Shown piece by piece: positions 12,750 through 25,430 of a stretch of 64,000 bases of DNA. The DNA comes from Octopus sinensis (Eukaryota). Numbering within the stretch: the stretch's first letter is position 1; each line of letters opens with the position of its first letter. The notes beneath the pieces were generated by a model, which was not told where the DNA came from, did no database searches, and saw only the letters and a list, made by a program, of their open reading frames with translations. The stretch spans positions 68,944,001-69,008,000 of the forward strand of contig NC_042997.1 in NCBI RefSeq assembly GCF_006345805.1, in the 5' to 3' direction. The translations under genes and the position numbers were made by a program.

Positions 12750-13860
12750 TATATAATCTTAAAATAAAGCAAAAACCGCAATCTTGTAAATACAGCTAAC
12801 CAGGGTTCTTCCATTTATCAAGCTGAAAACAAAGACCGTTTGTCAGTTGAGCAGAAAACGTTTCAGCAACAGACGCTTCTAAAGAAGATGACAAGAAGAA
12901 TAACACAAGGGAGATATCCAACATTACAATAATTTGATGTCAAGCAGACGTAAACCAGGTGTTAAATTGTTTACTCGGTGTCCAGTGGCCTACTTTTAAA
13001 TTCCGACAAGATATGTTTCTTGAAATGCGGATATACATAAAAAATTTCGTTCCTCGATTTATGTGATCGCCGGAGGTTATCAAGTTTTTCAAGTGTTACA
13101 GTTTCTCAAGAGAACATTTTTAGACCTGTTAATATAGGGTCTGGATTGAAAGAGGATGTTCTCTTTGGTGTCTAAACTGGTCCCTTCGTCTTTAAGTTTC
13201 CAGATTAAAGTCGAAAAGGTTGTTGAATGTCTCTTTATCACAGTACCTAAAATTCGAAAGATGGTTGTTATACCTAGATTTAAATTTCCCTTCCACGGCT
13301 TGGATATAACGTTTAATATATGTTCAATTATATTCGTATTTCGCCGAACCTGTGCTTCATAAAGATCGGAAAATATATCGGACTCCTGTCTAAGAAGGCG
13401 TTTAATATTTGTCTCTATATGTGCATCCGAGACAGACCTGAGTCGTCCGTTGCATATTGATATATGACTTAACATTATCTCTTAAATGATTTAACATTAT
13501 CTCTTGAAAACTTGAGAACCTCCAAGGAATACATAAATTCGGGAAAGAGTTTTTTCTATGTCTGTATTTTAGAAACACATCGTGTGGGAATTTAAAAGTA
13601 GACAATCAGACACTTAGTAAACCATTAACATTTGGTTTACGTCTGCTTGACATCGAATTATTGTAAATTTAGTTATCGCTCTTATGTTTTCTTTTTGTCT
13701 TCTTCTTTACAAGCCACTCTTGTTTAAACGTTAATTACTCGTGAGACAACAGACAAACGGTCGTGTGTTCAACTTGATAAATGACGGGTTAGTATCGTTT
13801 CCACCAGGAAACCCTGAATGGCTGTATTTACAAGATTTGTGCTTATTTATTTTAAGATTA
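12750..13860 (-). mobile_element. Penelope-like GIY-YIG fragment bracketed by inverted terminal repeats
   Basis: Minus ORF 13089-13475 has YEAQV...HSTTFSTLIWKLKDEG...QSRPYINRS, typical of the PLE endonuclease end; 12750-13080 is a diverged inverted copy of 13520-13860. Confidence 0.65.
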
Positions 13861-13929
13861 TCTTTACTCTTTTAGCTGATCGATTGCCTTTCTACTTTTG
13901 AAGCATTAAAACATTACATATATACATAT

Positions 13930-14070
13930 ATGCGTGACTGTGTAGTAAGAAGTTTGCTTCTCAACCACATGGTTCCGGGTTGAGTCTTACTGCGCAGCGC
14001 CTTGAGCAAGTGCGTTCAACTGTTATCTCGAGTCGACCAAAACCTTGTAAGTGGACTTGATAGACAGAAG
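13930..14070 (+). mobile_element. tRNA-derived SINE family B, 5' head
   Basis: tgtgtagtaagaagtttgcttctcaaccacatggttccgggttgagtc (box A/B-like) followed by gcgccttgagcaagtg. Confidence 0.7.
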
Positions 14071-14464
14071 ATGATTACAACAAATTGGAATGAACAAGCT
14101 TTACTCCAAATCACTGCAATTGCTTCCATTCATTAATTAGTATCAACCATTAATAGCTGACAGTTTCACATACTATCCACATTCTTGCATCAATCTGATC
14201 CAAAGTAGCTGTATACCTTCACATCTTCAGGTGAGTAGGTTCGAGAGAACATATCTGTATACTCAATAAAGGGAGAATTTCTGTCATACGGTAACCATAT
14301 GGTAACCAATATATCTGAAAGAACTTTGTAAAGCACGTTATCAAATTAATATCATCCAAATGATGCTCTCTCTCTCTCTCTCCTTCTCTCTCCCTCTCTC
14401 TCTCTCTCTCTATAGCGTCATATGCATTTACATATAGTACTTTGGGGTGTTATTTATCTTATAA

Positions 14465-14724
14465 TTTCAATGGAGGCAATACCAGCGGAAAACTAGAGGA
14501 ACATGACCTTTTATCCAATAGAATATTCAATATATATGTGTGCTTTCATTGGACCCCAGTAACGCAATATAAAGTTCCAGATAATACAGTATCAAAACAT
14601 ACAAGTATATAAACATATAAATATTTAATATTCAAAAATTCGCAAATATTTAAAAATATCTAAAAATACGTTGGATAATAGGTCATGTTCCTCTAGTTTT
14701 CCGCTGGTATTGCCTCCATTGAAA
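14465..14724. repeat. 54-bp inverted repeat (1 mismatch) with 152-bp spacer
   Basis: 14465-14518 versus 14671-14724. Confidence 0.85.
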
Positions 14725-15104
14725 GTAGAAATTGGAACTTAGCTCAATTAGAGCACTTTAATTCTAGCCTGTTTCTGAGCATTGTTAAAGTTAACAATCT
14801 CTACATAAACTTGTATAATTTATATATATATATATATATAATTTGGAAAACCAAATTTCCAAATCAATCGGGTGTAACCCTACAGCGTTATATGCATTTA
14901 CATATAGTACTTTGAGGTGTTATTTAACGTATATTTATATATTTATAAATATACAAAGTATCTGATAAAAGTCAATATTCAATCTGGGGGGATTAATCGA
15001 TATGCAGGTACTCTATTTCAGATAATACAAAAATAACCTAATGAGTATATCTGACAGTAAACTCATGGTATCAGTTTGCACATCACGAAATAACACTTAA
15101 AAGA

Positions 15105-15325
15105 TATAAGGCGGCGAGCGCGCCGGGCGAAATGTGTAGCCGTATTTCGTCTCCCATTATATTCTGAGTTCTAATTCCGCCGAGGTCGACTTTGCCTTTC
15201 ATCCTTTCGGGGTCGATAAATTAAGTACCAATTACGCACTGAGGTCGATGTAATCGACTTAATCCATTTGTCTGTCCTTGTTTGTCCCCTCTATGTTTAG
15301 CCCCTTGTGGGTAATAAAGAAACAG
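15105..15325 (+). mobile_element. tRNA-derived SINE family A
   Basis: Box B-like gagttctaattcc and core cggggtcgataaattaagtacc. Confidence 0.85.
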
Positions 15326-15474
15326 ATATAACCCAAATTACCAGCTATATAATATACTTCATTAATTATATCATACTTTAGTTGATACTTATATTTATTT
15401 AATATGAAGGAACCACACGTGTTACAGTATTGGAAGATTACAATATATCTATATATATATACATATATACATGA

Positions 15475-15510
<36 letters not shown>

Positions 15511-15783
15511 TATATATATATATATATATATATGAGTATATATATTTATATATATTTATATAAATATACATACACATAAACCCACACACATATATGAATG
15601 TATGTATGTATGTATGTATGTATGTATGTATGCATACATGTATGTATGTATACCTTCAGAATCCAAACATTATTATAATCTTCAGAAGTTTATTTAGATT
15701 AGTTTTAACATTTTTTGTGTTACTCAGTAAATTTCAAATATGAATTATTATATAGAAATATGTAAATTTTGTAATTTAGGAAA

Positions 15784-15917
15784 CTGATTATTATCAAATC
15801 AATATTTTCAGTTGTTGATCTTCCCTAAGGGAGAATGGTTGGTCCGGTATCTCCTTGAATGGTTGGTCCGGTATCGTGTTAGGAGTTCATCTGATTATTA
15901 TCAAATCAATATTTTCA
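15784..15917 (-). other. 80-bp inverted copy of 17444-17523 flanked by a 27-bp direct duplication
   Basis: ctgattattatcaaatcaatattttca at 15784-15810 and 15891-15917; insert matches the source at 79/80. Confidence 0.9.
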
Positions 15918-16779
15918 AAAGACATAGGACGGCAACAGGCAATATATCTGCAAAAGATATTTCATATATTATATTATTATTTATTATATTAAATGACGCT
16001 TTAAATACTTATGTGAAGTATTCTGGTTTGCCGCTTTGTTTCTATGCGTTCATGTATATTCTAAAACTTATGGTTTGTTCAACATTCGTTTGTGAAATAA
16101 CCTTTTTCTGAGCACCTATTCAAGTACTCATCTACAAATCTTATCAAATACTCAAAAGTAACTTTACTTTCCCAATCAGTTCCTCTATTTATGGCATTCT
16201 CTTCATATACGCAGACACTCTTGTCGAGATCTCGTCTGTATCATTTCGACGCGTTATGCACAGAAAACTTTAAAATCGGCCGGACGTGTTCTTCGCTGCT
16301 CTGACCAGTCAGCAACTGAAGACACAGAAAGACTAGTACAACCCAGCAGGACAACTGAAAAGTAAATCTCAAAACCTGAAATAGCTACAATTTCCTGTGA
16401 GTATTTAAAATTTTCCCAAAAGTAAGTTTAGAATCTCACATATCTACAGTTTTCTGTGGACGAACACAAACGATACTCTTTACAAACGTTAATATCTACA
16501 AACTCTGTAAATACCAATCCTTCCTCCCTGGGAATTCGAAAATGTAAATATCCTTTTTATTGTAATAACATTATAGGTTTCTCTGTTTAGACATACAAAC
16601 GATCATCCCTAGAAAACTTTAAAACTTTAATATCTACAATTTTGTGTGAAAATTATACCCTTCTTTTCTCTTTGATTACTCAAATATGTAAACAACTTTT
16701 ATTGCAACAACCCAATTAAACGCACGAAATAATCAAAATCTCACGATGACTGCACAACGCGTCTACAATAAACAAAAGT

Positions 16780-17690
16780 GGTCAAAGAATGAAATCAGCA
16801 CTCTCATAAACGCAAGGTACTCTCTTTCCCAAACTGAGAAAACAGATGTCTGAAATATACTGCTAACAGTACAATTCAACTGTTCAATAAGCGATCGGAG
16901 AAGCAGATACAGAAGAAACTGAACATATTGAAATTTCTTTTAAATTGATCCACAGACATTTTAGTAAACTTCACCATGTGTTTACTCCAATTACAGCTGA
17001 ACAACAACAACCTTAATTCTGAGTAGATAAAATTAATGCTCACTGGCATCGGTCTCCAAATTCACCCTGTCACATAGAAGAAATTGAAGGCTTACAATGA
17101 ACATTCACCAGTAAAATAACTTCGTTTAATGCCCTTAATTCCTGGGAAGACCTGAAAGTTATCAGTCTCTATTCTCTTGAACGCCGAAGAGAGAGATATC
17201 CTATTATATATGTATGGAAGATCCTGGAGGGGCATGTTCAAACATCAACACTAAAGTAAATTTTTATGCTCGAACTGATTGGTACTGTTAGCTACCAGAT
17301 ATACCATCTTCAAACTCACGAGCAAAAACCACTCTACTGCATCAGTCTAATAATATTCAGAGGTCCTCAAGTATTCAACTGCTTATCCAAAAAGATAAGC
17401 AATATAAAAGGGACATCTACTGAAACTTTCAAAAAGACATTGGATGAACTCCTAACACGATACCGGACCAACCATTCAAGGAGATACCGGACCAACCATT
17501 CTCCCTTAGGGGAGATCAACAACTAGAAACTCGATCATCGACCAACTTTCACTTATAAAGCGACAACAAAACTAAGAAAAAGGAAATAAAGAAAAAAAGA
17601 AAAAAAACTAAGACGGTGCTCCATCATGGCCGCAGTCCATCGACTGACATCACTAAAAGAATAAAAGAATAAAAATGAATAAGAATATTT
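16780..17690 (+). mobile_element. Degraded APE-type LINE (CR1/L2/Jockey-like group, clade unresolved), 3' end
   Basis: SLYSLERRRERYPIIYVWKILEG and GPQVFNCL...FKKTLDELL; same family as 49500-51225; tail ggtgctccatcatggccgcagtc...aaaagaat. Confidence 0.75.
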
Positions 17691-17775
17691 TATTCTAACA
17701 CCGTATATTTCAATCCTTTCTCACGCCAGATTAATAATGATATAGAAAGTCACGTTATGTCACATTCTTATTCCG

Positions 17776-17869
<94 letters not shown>

Positions 17870-18483
17870 TGCATTGGAAAAAGCCATGTGGGTATGTATT
17901 CGTAACCAATTAGTTTATATAACCAGATTTACTTGCTCATTGCTCGTCTTTGCTTTTAATGTGATACTGAAATATTGAGAAAGAGAAAAATAATTTCCTA
18001 CGATCCATCTAAAGGCCTCAAATAAACTCGCTTGCCAAAATACTCCAACACCTGATCAAGATATGCACACTCACTTTCTGTAGTTGTGCTACATTGATGA
18101 CATAAGCCTCTGCTCTTCGCAACTAGTTTCGACCTATCTATCATAACTTTATAAACTTTAATATCTACACTTGACTTATCCGTTTTTTCTCATTTCGGAC
18201 ACCCATCCTAATCACTTTATCTTGGACTTTCTCTCCACCGCTTTACCCTTCCAGCAATTCTTTCCTGTAGGTACCAGCTTGCAGATGTTCAAGACGAACA
18301 TTAATCGCTTCTGTTTCACAAATCTCCTACGACATGCATCTTCTCTCTTAACCCATTGAAGCATTTAATTAATTAAATTTAACTGTAGAATATGGCTCAC
18401 TACGTGAGCTGTTCTGAAGAGGAGCATTAACTGTGTTGCTCTCACCTGTCGCAGTAGACCAAGAAAACTATAGTCATAACGAT

Positions 18484-18711
18484 AGAGTGTATATGTCCAT
18501 ACGTCTTCTCTTGTATGTACTGTCACCTGAATTTGACTTTCATGCCGCTTACAATGATACAGCAATTATGAACCTTGTTCTAGGTCGACATAGTTAACTT
18601 TACTATCGTCATCAATGTATTGATCCATTATATTATATCACTGTAAGTGGCATGAAAGTCAAATTCAGGTGACAGTGCATACGAGAGAAGACGTAAGAAC
18701 ATATACACTCT
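18484..18711. repeat. 76-bp inverted repeat (6 mismatches) with 76-bp spacer
   Basis: 18484-18559 versus 18636-18711. Confidence 0.85.
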
Positions 18712-19009
18712 CACCCAGTATTTCACGAAGTGAGAGTTGTGAGACTTGAAAGAAGCTGAACAAATTTGGATGTTCATAAAATTAAGATGGCTTTCTTTAT
18801 AGCCATAACTTCGAGAAATCCGAGACATATATAAAGAATAATAATATGGACGCAAATTCTATTTCATCTTCCCATTAATAAAGATGAAAGAGCCAAAATA
18901 TTTCAATAAGTTTTTTGAAGGGTCTCGTGCTTGTCACCTTGTGAACTGTTGCAGTTAGGTTTATGCCAGTTCTTATATTCAAATCTAAATAAGTTTTTTT
19001 TTAATCTCA

Positions 19010-19500
19010 TACTTCTTTTACTCATTAGATTGTGGCCATCCTGCGCACTGCTTTGAAGAATTTTTAGTCGAACGAATCGACACTAATACTTTATTTTTTA
19101 AAAACCTGGTAGTATTCTATTAACCTCTCGTGCCGAATCACTTAGTTACGAGGACCTAAGCAAATCAATACCGGTTGTCAAGCAGTGGTGGACAAACGGT
19201 GGACAAACATAGACATACACACACACACATCACGCACACACTCACACGTACGCACGCGCGCACACACACACACGCGCGCAAACACACATATGCGCACGCA
19301 CACATACACGCATGCACACACACACACATACACACACACATATATACAACGGGGTATTTACAGTTACTGTCAAGCAAACCCACTCATAAGCCTTTGGTCG
19401 GCCCGAGACTATAGTAGAAGACACCTGCACAATGTGCCACGTAGAGGGATTGAACACGGAACCATGTTGGTGAGAAGCAAACTTATTACCACACAGCCAC
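19010..19500 (-). mobile_element. tRNA-derived SINE family B, near full length with internal (CA)n
   Basis: The head at 19380-19500 is the reverse complement of the 13930 type; the tail at 19010-19060 resembles the LINE tail. Confidence 0.75.
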
Positions 19501-21387
19501 TGCTAAAGTTGGGAATTCGAGTCATGTCTGTAAAATAGATTTGATTCTTTTTCATGCCGCAAATATCCATGAGAGAAAAAAACTAATCCTGTTCCCAAAA
19601 GATTAGCTACAGAAATATTAATATTTCTATTTGTTTGTACACAAGGGAAAGACAGATACTGCGTCTTTAAGAATAAATTGTTGTTATTGCGGTTGCATTT
19701 AATGTTTAATCCCAGCTTGGCTCCCAGTTAAGTAAAGTTATGATTAAGGACATTTCAGCTTTGACTTTATTGTAAATATTCTCTTCCAATTCACAGGACA
19801 ATAGAGTTTTGAGAGAGATTTGTCTGCTATTTTTATTGAGACCGCGTAAGGGCTTTAAATTACGTTTGATCATAAATTTTCCTCAGTATATGAGTTGAAA
19901 TCATACTAGGTCCGAAAAATTTCGATAGGAGTTGAAGTCAGTTCATACCACTTAAGCGGCTAATGATTGTCGCTAAGTTTTATGTTACATATTGCACTTA
20001 GGCAAACAACACAAACGCGCACACGCGCACACAGTGCCTCCCTTAAATTTCTGATGATAAAATCTTGCGGAATCTGCGTAGAGAAATAGTTTCAGGTACC
20101 GCTATCATCAAGAATTGAACCCACTTCACTTGTCCTTTAATTATTAGATAGTCTATTGGACTGAATAGCGTCATTGGGTTCTAAAGATTGTTGATAATCT
20201 GTCTTCATCTGGGCGGCCATGTATTTTCAAACAAACTATCACGCACAGTTGCTCCCCTCTTTTCTCTCTCCATAACACCTCTACACACATACACACACAG
20301 CCTACCGCTCCCCAACAGGGTGATGAACGACTAAGGTGATAGGAAGACAACTTCTTGCTGTGGATGTATGTCTTTTGTATTTGTAAGTATGTATTTTTTG
20401 TTTTGATTTTTTCTTTCTTTTGTACAACTTCACGGCAGGGAATTTGTACCTGATATTGTGAAAAGTTTTGCTCAAACAGTAGTTCCGTTTGACAGCTTTG
20501 ATTTATAATATAGTTTATCAAGAGCCACTCATCGTCGGTAAACAAAATTTACACACAACAGACAAATACACAAACACAAACACTCCCATATATGAGTGTG
20601 TGCATATGTGTGTGTGTGCGTGAGTGCGTGTGTAAAAGCATGCATGACTGTGTTGGCGCGCAGCGTGGGTGGGTGTGAGTATAAGTATATATGTATTGAG
20701 TGAACATATGAACGGACAAATATGGAATCCCATACATATACCCACACTCACCCCGCCACACGCATACATACATATATACATATATACATATACATATATA
20801 TACATATATACATATACATATATATACATATATATATATTTATATACATGTATGCCACACACGCACACACACACACACACACACATATATACATATGCAC
20901 ATATACAAACACACTAACACTTTAATACATGAATATAAGAAAAGGATCTCCGTCGCTTTCGACAATGAGTATTCAGTCGTACGGCCATTTGCAGTAAGCG
21001 TCTAAGTACTCCGCAGATGAGAGTAAATTAGAAACAATCATTGAGCAGAACCAATATGACAGATTATGTGACAAGTATGATCCTCTGCAATATTCTTACA
21101 AGCTATTAGAATGGTTTCCAGTTTCATGCATAAGTCTTAGAGGAGTTTGTGGAAGCTTATTACTGAAGATAGCAGGTAACGGAATCTAAAACGGACTTCC
21201 GTGATGGTGAATTGAACTTTTGACCATTCAGTCACGCTGGGTCCACGTTGTTCTAAGAGCACGTGCGCACATGTGAAGGTGCATACTTACAACAAACCCC
21301 CACGCACCCACCGACATCCACAAGCACATACACACATCTAAATGCATACATACATATATATATATATAATATATATATATATATAAA

Positions 21388-21420
<33 letters not shown>

Positions 21421-22057
21421 CTATGTATATATATATATATTTCTATATATACATATATGTGTGTGTATATGGATATATGCGTATGTTTAGATATGTAGAT
21501 ACATAACTCTATACACATATACATATGTATACATACATAAGTCTATACGCATATACATATGTAACTACATGCATATATGTATAAGTACATGATCATATGC
21601 ATATATACATACACACACATACACTCAATTACATACACATAGGTAAGAATGCGTGCATGTATGTATGTATGTATGTATGTATGTATGTATGTATGTATGT
21701 GTAGGTGTATGATTTTTTTCTGTGCGACAAGGACATGTACCTGGAAAAGAGGGACAGAACAATACAAAAATAATAGACAGAAAGACACTCCCACCAAACC
21801 CAAAGGAAACCCAAGCTAAAACACACAGTACATAACGACAAAATAAATGAACTTGTATAGATTGTTTACAAGACATCTCAAGTAACGATATCTACTGAGA
21901 CCATTTTTTCCAGTAGAAATTTAAGAATCAGCGTTTCTATCATTTATTCATTGTAGGCATCGATAAAGCTAGACAAGTACGTCCCATTGTCACACTATAT
22001 GTGTCCCTATGTACATATATACATATATACGCACATGTATGTAAGTATGAATGCTTG

Positions 22058-22157
<100 letters not shown>

Positions 22158-22166
22158 CATACATAT

Positions 22167-22248
<82 letters not shown>

Positions 22249-23129
22249 GTAGGTAGGTTTGTTGGTAGGAGGTAAGTAGGTAGGCATCTGTTCTGTAGGA
22301 TGCCTAAGTATATGGGTTTAATTTTGCCTGCGCGAGATTGTGTGCTCGGATATATATACTCTTGTTTCTGTATAGGTTTTATGTGTGTTTGATAAGTTGT
22401 ATTTCCTTTAACCTCGAGTCATCCTGGTTTATTTGTTGTTTGCGATAAAAGTGTGAGATAGAAACTAATATTCGAAATGTAGACTACCACCCTCACAACA
22501 ACAATAACAACCTCTACACAAGCACCATCTACCAACAATACTCAGTTCTTTTATTACTGCTATACTTTGCTCAGTTTAGTTTTGATAGCCCACGAAGCAT
22601 TCCACGAAATGCATATATCATAGAAATGGAAAGAAAGAAGGAAGGAACAAACGAATGAAGGAAAATGAAATGGGTGGAATTGAAGATGAGTTTGTTGTTA
22701 TGATATGACATGGGTACTAGACTTTGAAACCATAACGTCCGGTTTGATAGCAATGAATGTCTACTGAGTTATGACCAATGCGATGCTGCTAGTATGAGCC
22801 TTTTCGGTCTCGCTGCAATCATAATTGGTGAAGTTTGACCAGATCTGAAATAAAATGGAACATCAACACCCCTACGCACACGCACATACACACAACACAC
22901 GTACACAATACGCACACACGCGCAGACATCCATCCACCCACCCAGCTATTTATCCATCCGTCCGTCCGTCGGTCCATCCATCCATCCATCCAAACATTAT
23001 CATTCCTGCTACAAAAATCAAATGACCACATGCTAGGGTCTGCAACTACTAGAGATAGTAATGTAACCCATAATATATATGTGGATGACCTTAGTATTTG
23101 TGCTAAAATACGATGTAGTCGCTAATTGT

Positions 23130-24008
23130 AATTGATGAAGTACATATGAACAAAAAATGTCGAGTCAGATCCTTCTCAAAGTGCCTGTGAATTATTGCTG
23201 TTGTTTGGTGTTAGCAAGCTAGTTCAAATCAGTAAAGTGAAAAAGTTGGATAAGTGGGTTCCACATGAACTCAATGAAAATCAGAAACAGCAACGTTTGA
23301 AAGCCTACATTATGCTACTCTTTCATCACAAAAATGAATCATGTTTGAATCGAATTATAACGTGGTAAGAACTGGATCCAATACAACAACCTTAAACGTT
23401 CAGCACAAATTGTTGGAGAAAGACGAGCCACCAAAACACAGTCCAAAAAGCAAAATTCATCAAAAGGATCTGGAGTTTGTTTGGTGGTCTGGCGCAGGTG
23501 TGATCCATTATGATTTCATTAAACCTGGCTCATCAATCACGACTGAAGTATACTGGAGCCAACTGGACCAAATGATGCAGAAACTTTAAAAAAACAGCCT
23601 ACATTAGTCAACAGATCCACCCCTATTTTATTGCAAGACAACGCCAAACGCATCACAAAAATGACATTGGCGAAACTATAGGTTTTGGAGTTTGAAGTTC
23701 TCCATCATCCACCATACTCACCAGATTTTTCCCCCACCGACTCACTTCTTCCAGAATTTTGATAACTTTTTGCTAGGGAAAAAAAAAACTTCAATTCCCA
23801 CGATGCTGTAAAACAGTCTTTCCAAGATTTTATTGACTCTAGATTGCTCGGCTAATACAGCTCAGGTCAGGACAAGCTACCGCTGAAATGGCAAAGGTGT
23901 ATTGATAATATGGGTGCATACTTGGATGAATAAAACTGTTCCTTTTATTTATAAAACATTAGAAAACTTTTTCTCTTTTCTACAAATTTCATACTTGACG
24001 ACCTAATA
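23130..24008 (+). mobile_element. Mariner transposase relic (5' truncated)
   Basis: KKLDKWVPHELNENQK, VWWSGAGVIHYDFIKPG, LQDNAK, HPPYSPDFSPTD; TIR-like end catacttgacgacctaata. Confidence 0.85.
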
Positions 24009-25204
24009 CATATCTAAAACTACTGAGACGAGACAATAAAGAGAATTGAAATACTGTTAAATAAAACGAAAGGAAAACCAGTTTAATTACAATCAACATC
24101 AAAACACACATTACGCACCAAATTTACTCCATATAGCTAATATACGGGTTGTATCTATCAATAAGCCTAGCGCATTAAACGTGTAAACCTATTTGAAACA
24201 ACGATTAAAATCCAAAACTCATTTTTATGATAGAAGTAAATAGTTCAACTGTTGTCTTAAGGATTACTGTAACGGAATTAATTATTTGCCTGTCTGAAGT
24301 ATTTTCAACAGTTAGTTCTAAACGTCTACTTTTTTTCAAACTATTAGTTAGCCTTTGCTTTATATCCTCTGAGTAATTTAAAGCTTTTGTTATATAATAC
24401 CTGAGTTACTAAGGTGGATGAAAATGAATGGAAATGTGTATCCTACACGGTGCATGTAATTCAGGGAAATATGCTGATGTGTTACATGTGATACACAGTA
24501 CTTGCAAAAGGTTAAAGAAAATGAAATGATAAATATATTACAGTTAATGTTAATTAAAATACAATAAACAAAATATAATTGCAAGCAAAGAAAACATCAC
24601 GAATCTTAAATACATCAGGTAGCTAAAACACGTGAAGATCAAATTTCGAACTATCTTAAAATCCACCGTTTATCTCAACGGCCTCAATCGTAAAGTCCAA
24701 AATGAGCTAGACCTGAAGTATAAGTGGCGATAAATATTCTCCCTCCAAACCTACGAGAGACTTCAACCAGTACAACAAAGCAAAATGCACATATTAATGA
24801 CTATCATTTACAAAATATTACAATACAGTTCAATGTTAAATTGTAGGCTTAAAATTACATATTTCTAAATAAGTTAGTAATTTGTCGAAAGAAATAATGG
24901 AAATTTTTAATTAGAAAAATTATATTGATAATCCCGAATGACCATATGTGTGCCTTACCAACAGCACTACTTTGTCTATATAACATCTAATAATCTGACA
25001 GAGAAAAATCTACAACCCTATTTCTCACTATGATGCAACTCGATGCGAATGGCACTGCTGTAACTTGAAAGTTAAAACTAATTCTAATAAAGAACTTTTG
25101 TTACATTACTATTTCTGCATATCACTATAACGTCTAAATAATTCACTTTATCCACTGCAAAACTATTTCTGCTTGCTTGGACATATTTTACCCATTAATA
25201 TTCC

Positions 25205-25430
25205 ACAAATGTGGAAGCCAGCTAGCAGAATTGTTTGCATGCCAGGCTACATGGTTAGCTGTATTTCATCCGTCTTAATGTTCTGTGGTCGAATTTCTCC
25301 GAGGTCAACTTTACCTTTCATCCTTTCGAGGTCGGTAAAATATAGACAATTTGAAGACTGGGGTCAATGTAACCGACTTAGCCACTCCTCCGAAATTGCT
25401 GGCCTTCTGCCAAAATTTGAAAGCAATATT
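25205..25430 (+). mobile_element. tRNA-derived SINE family A (old copy)
   Basis: ccgaggtcaactttacctttcatcctttcgaggtcggtaaaat core. Confidence 0.75.
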
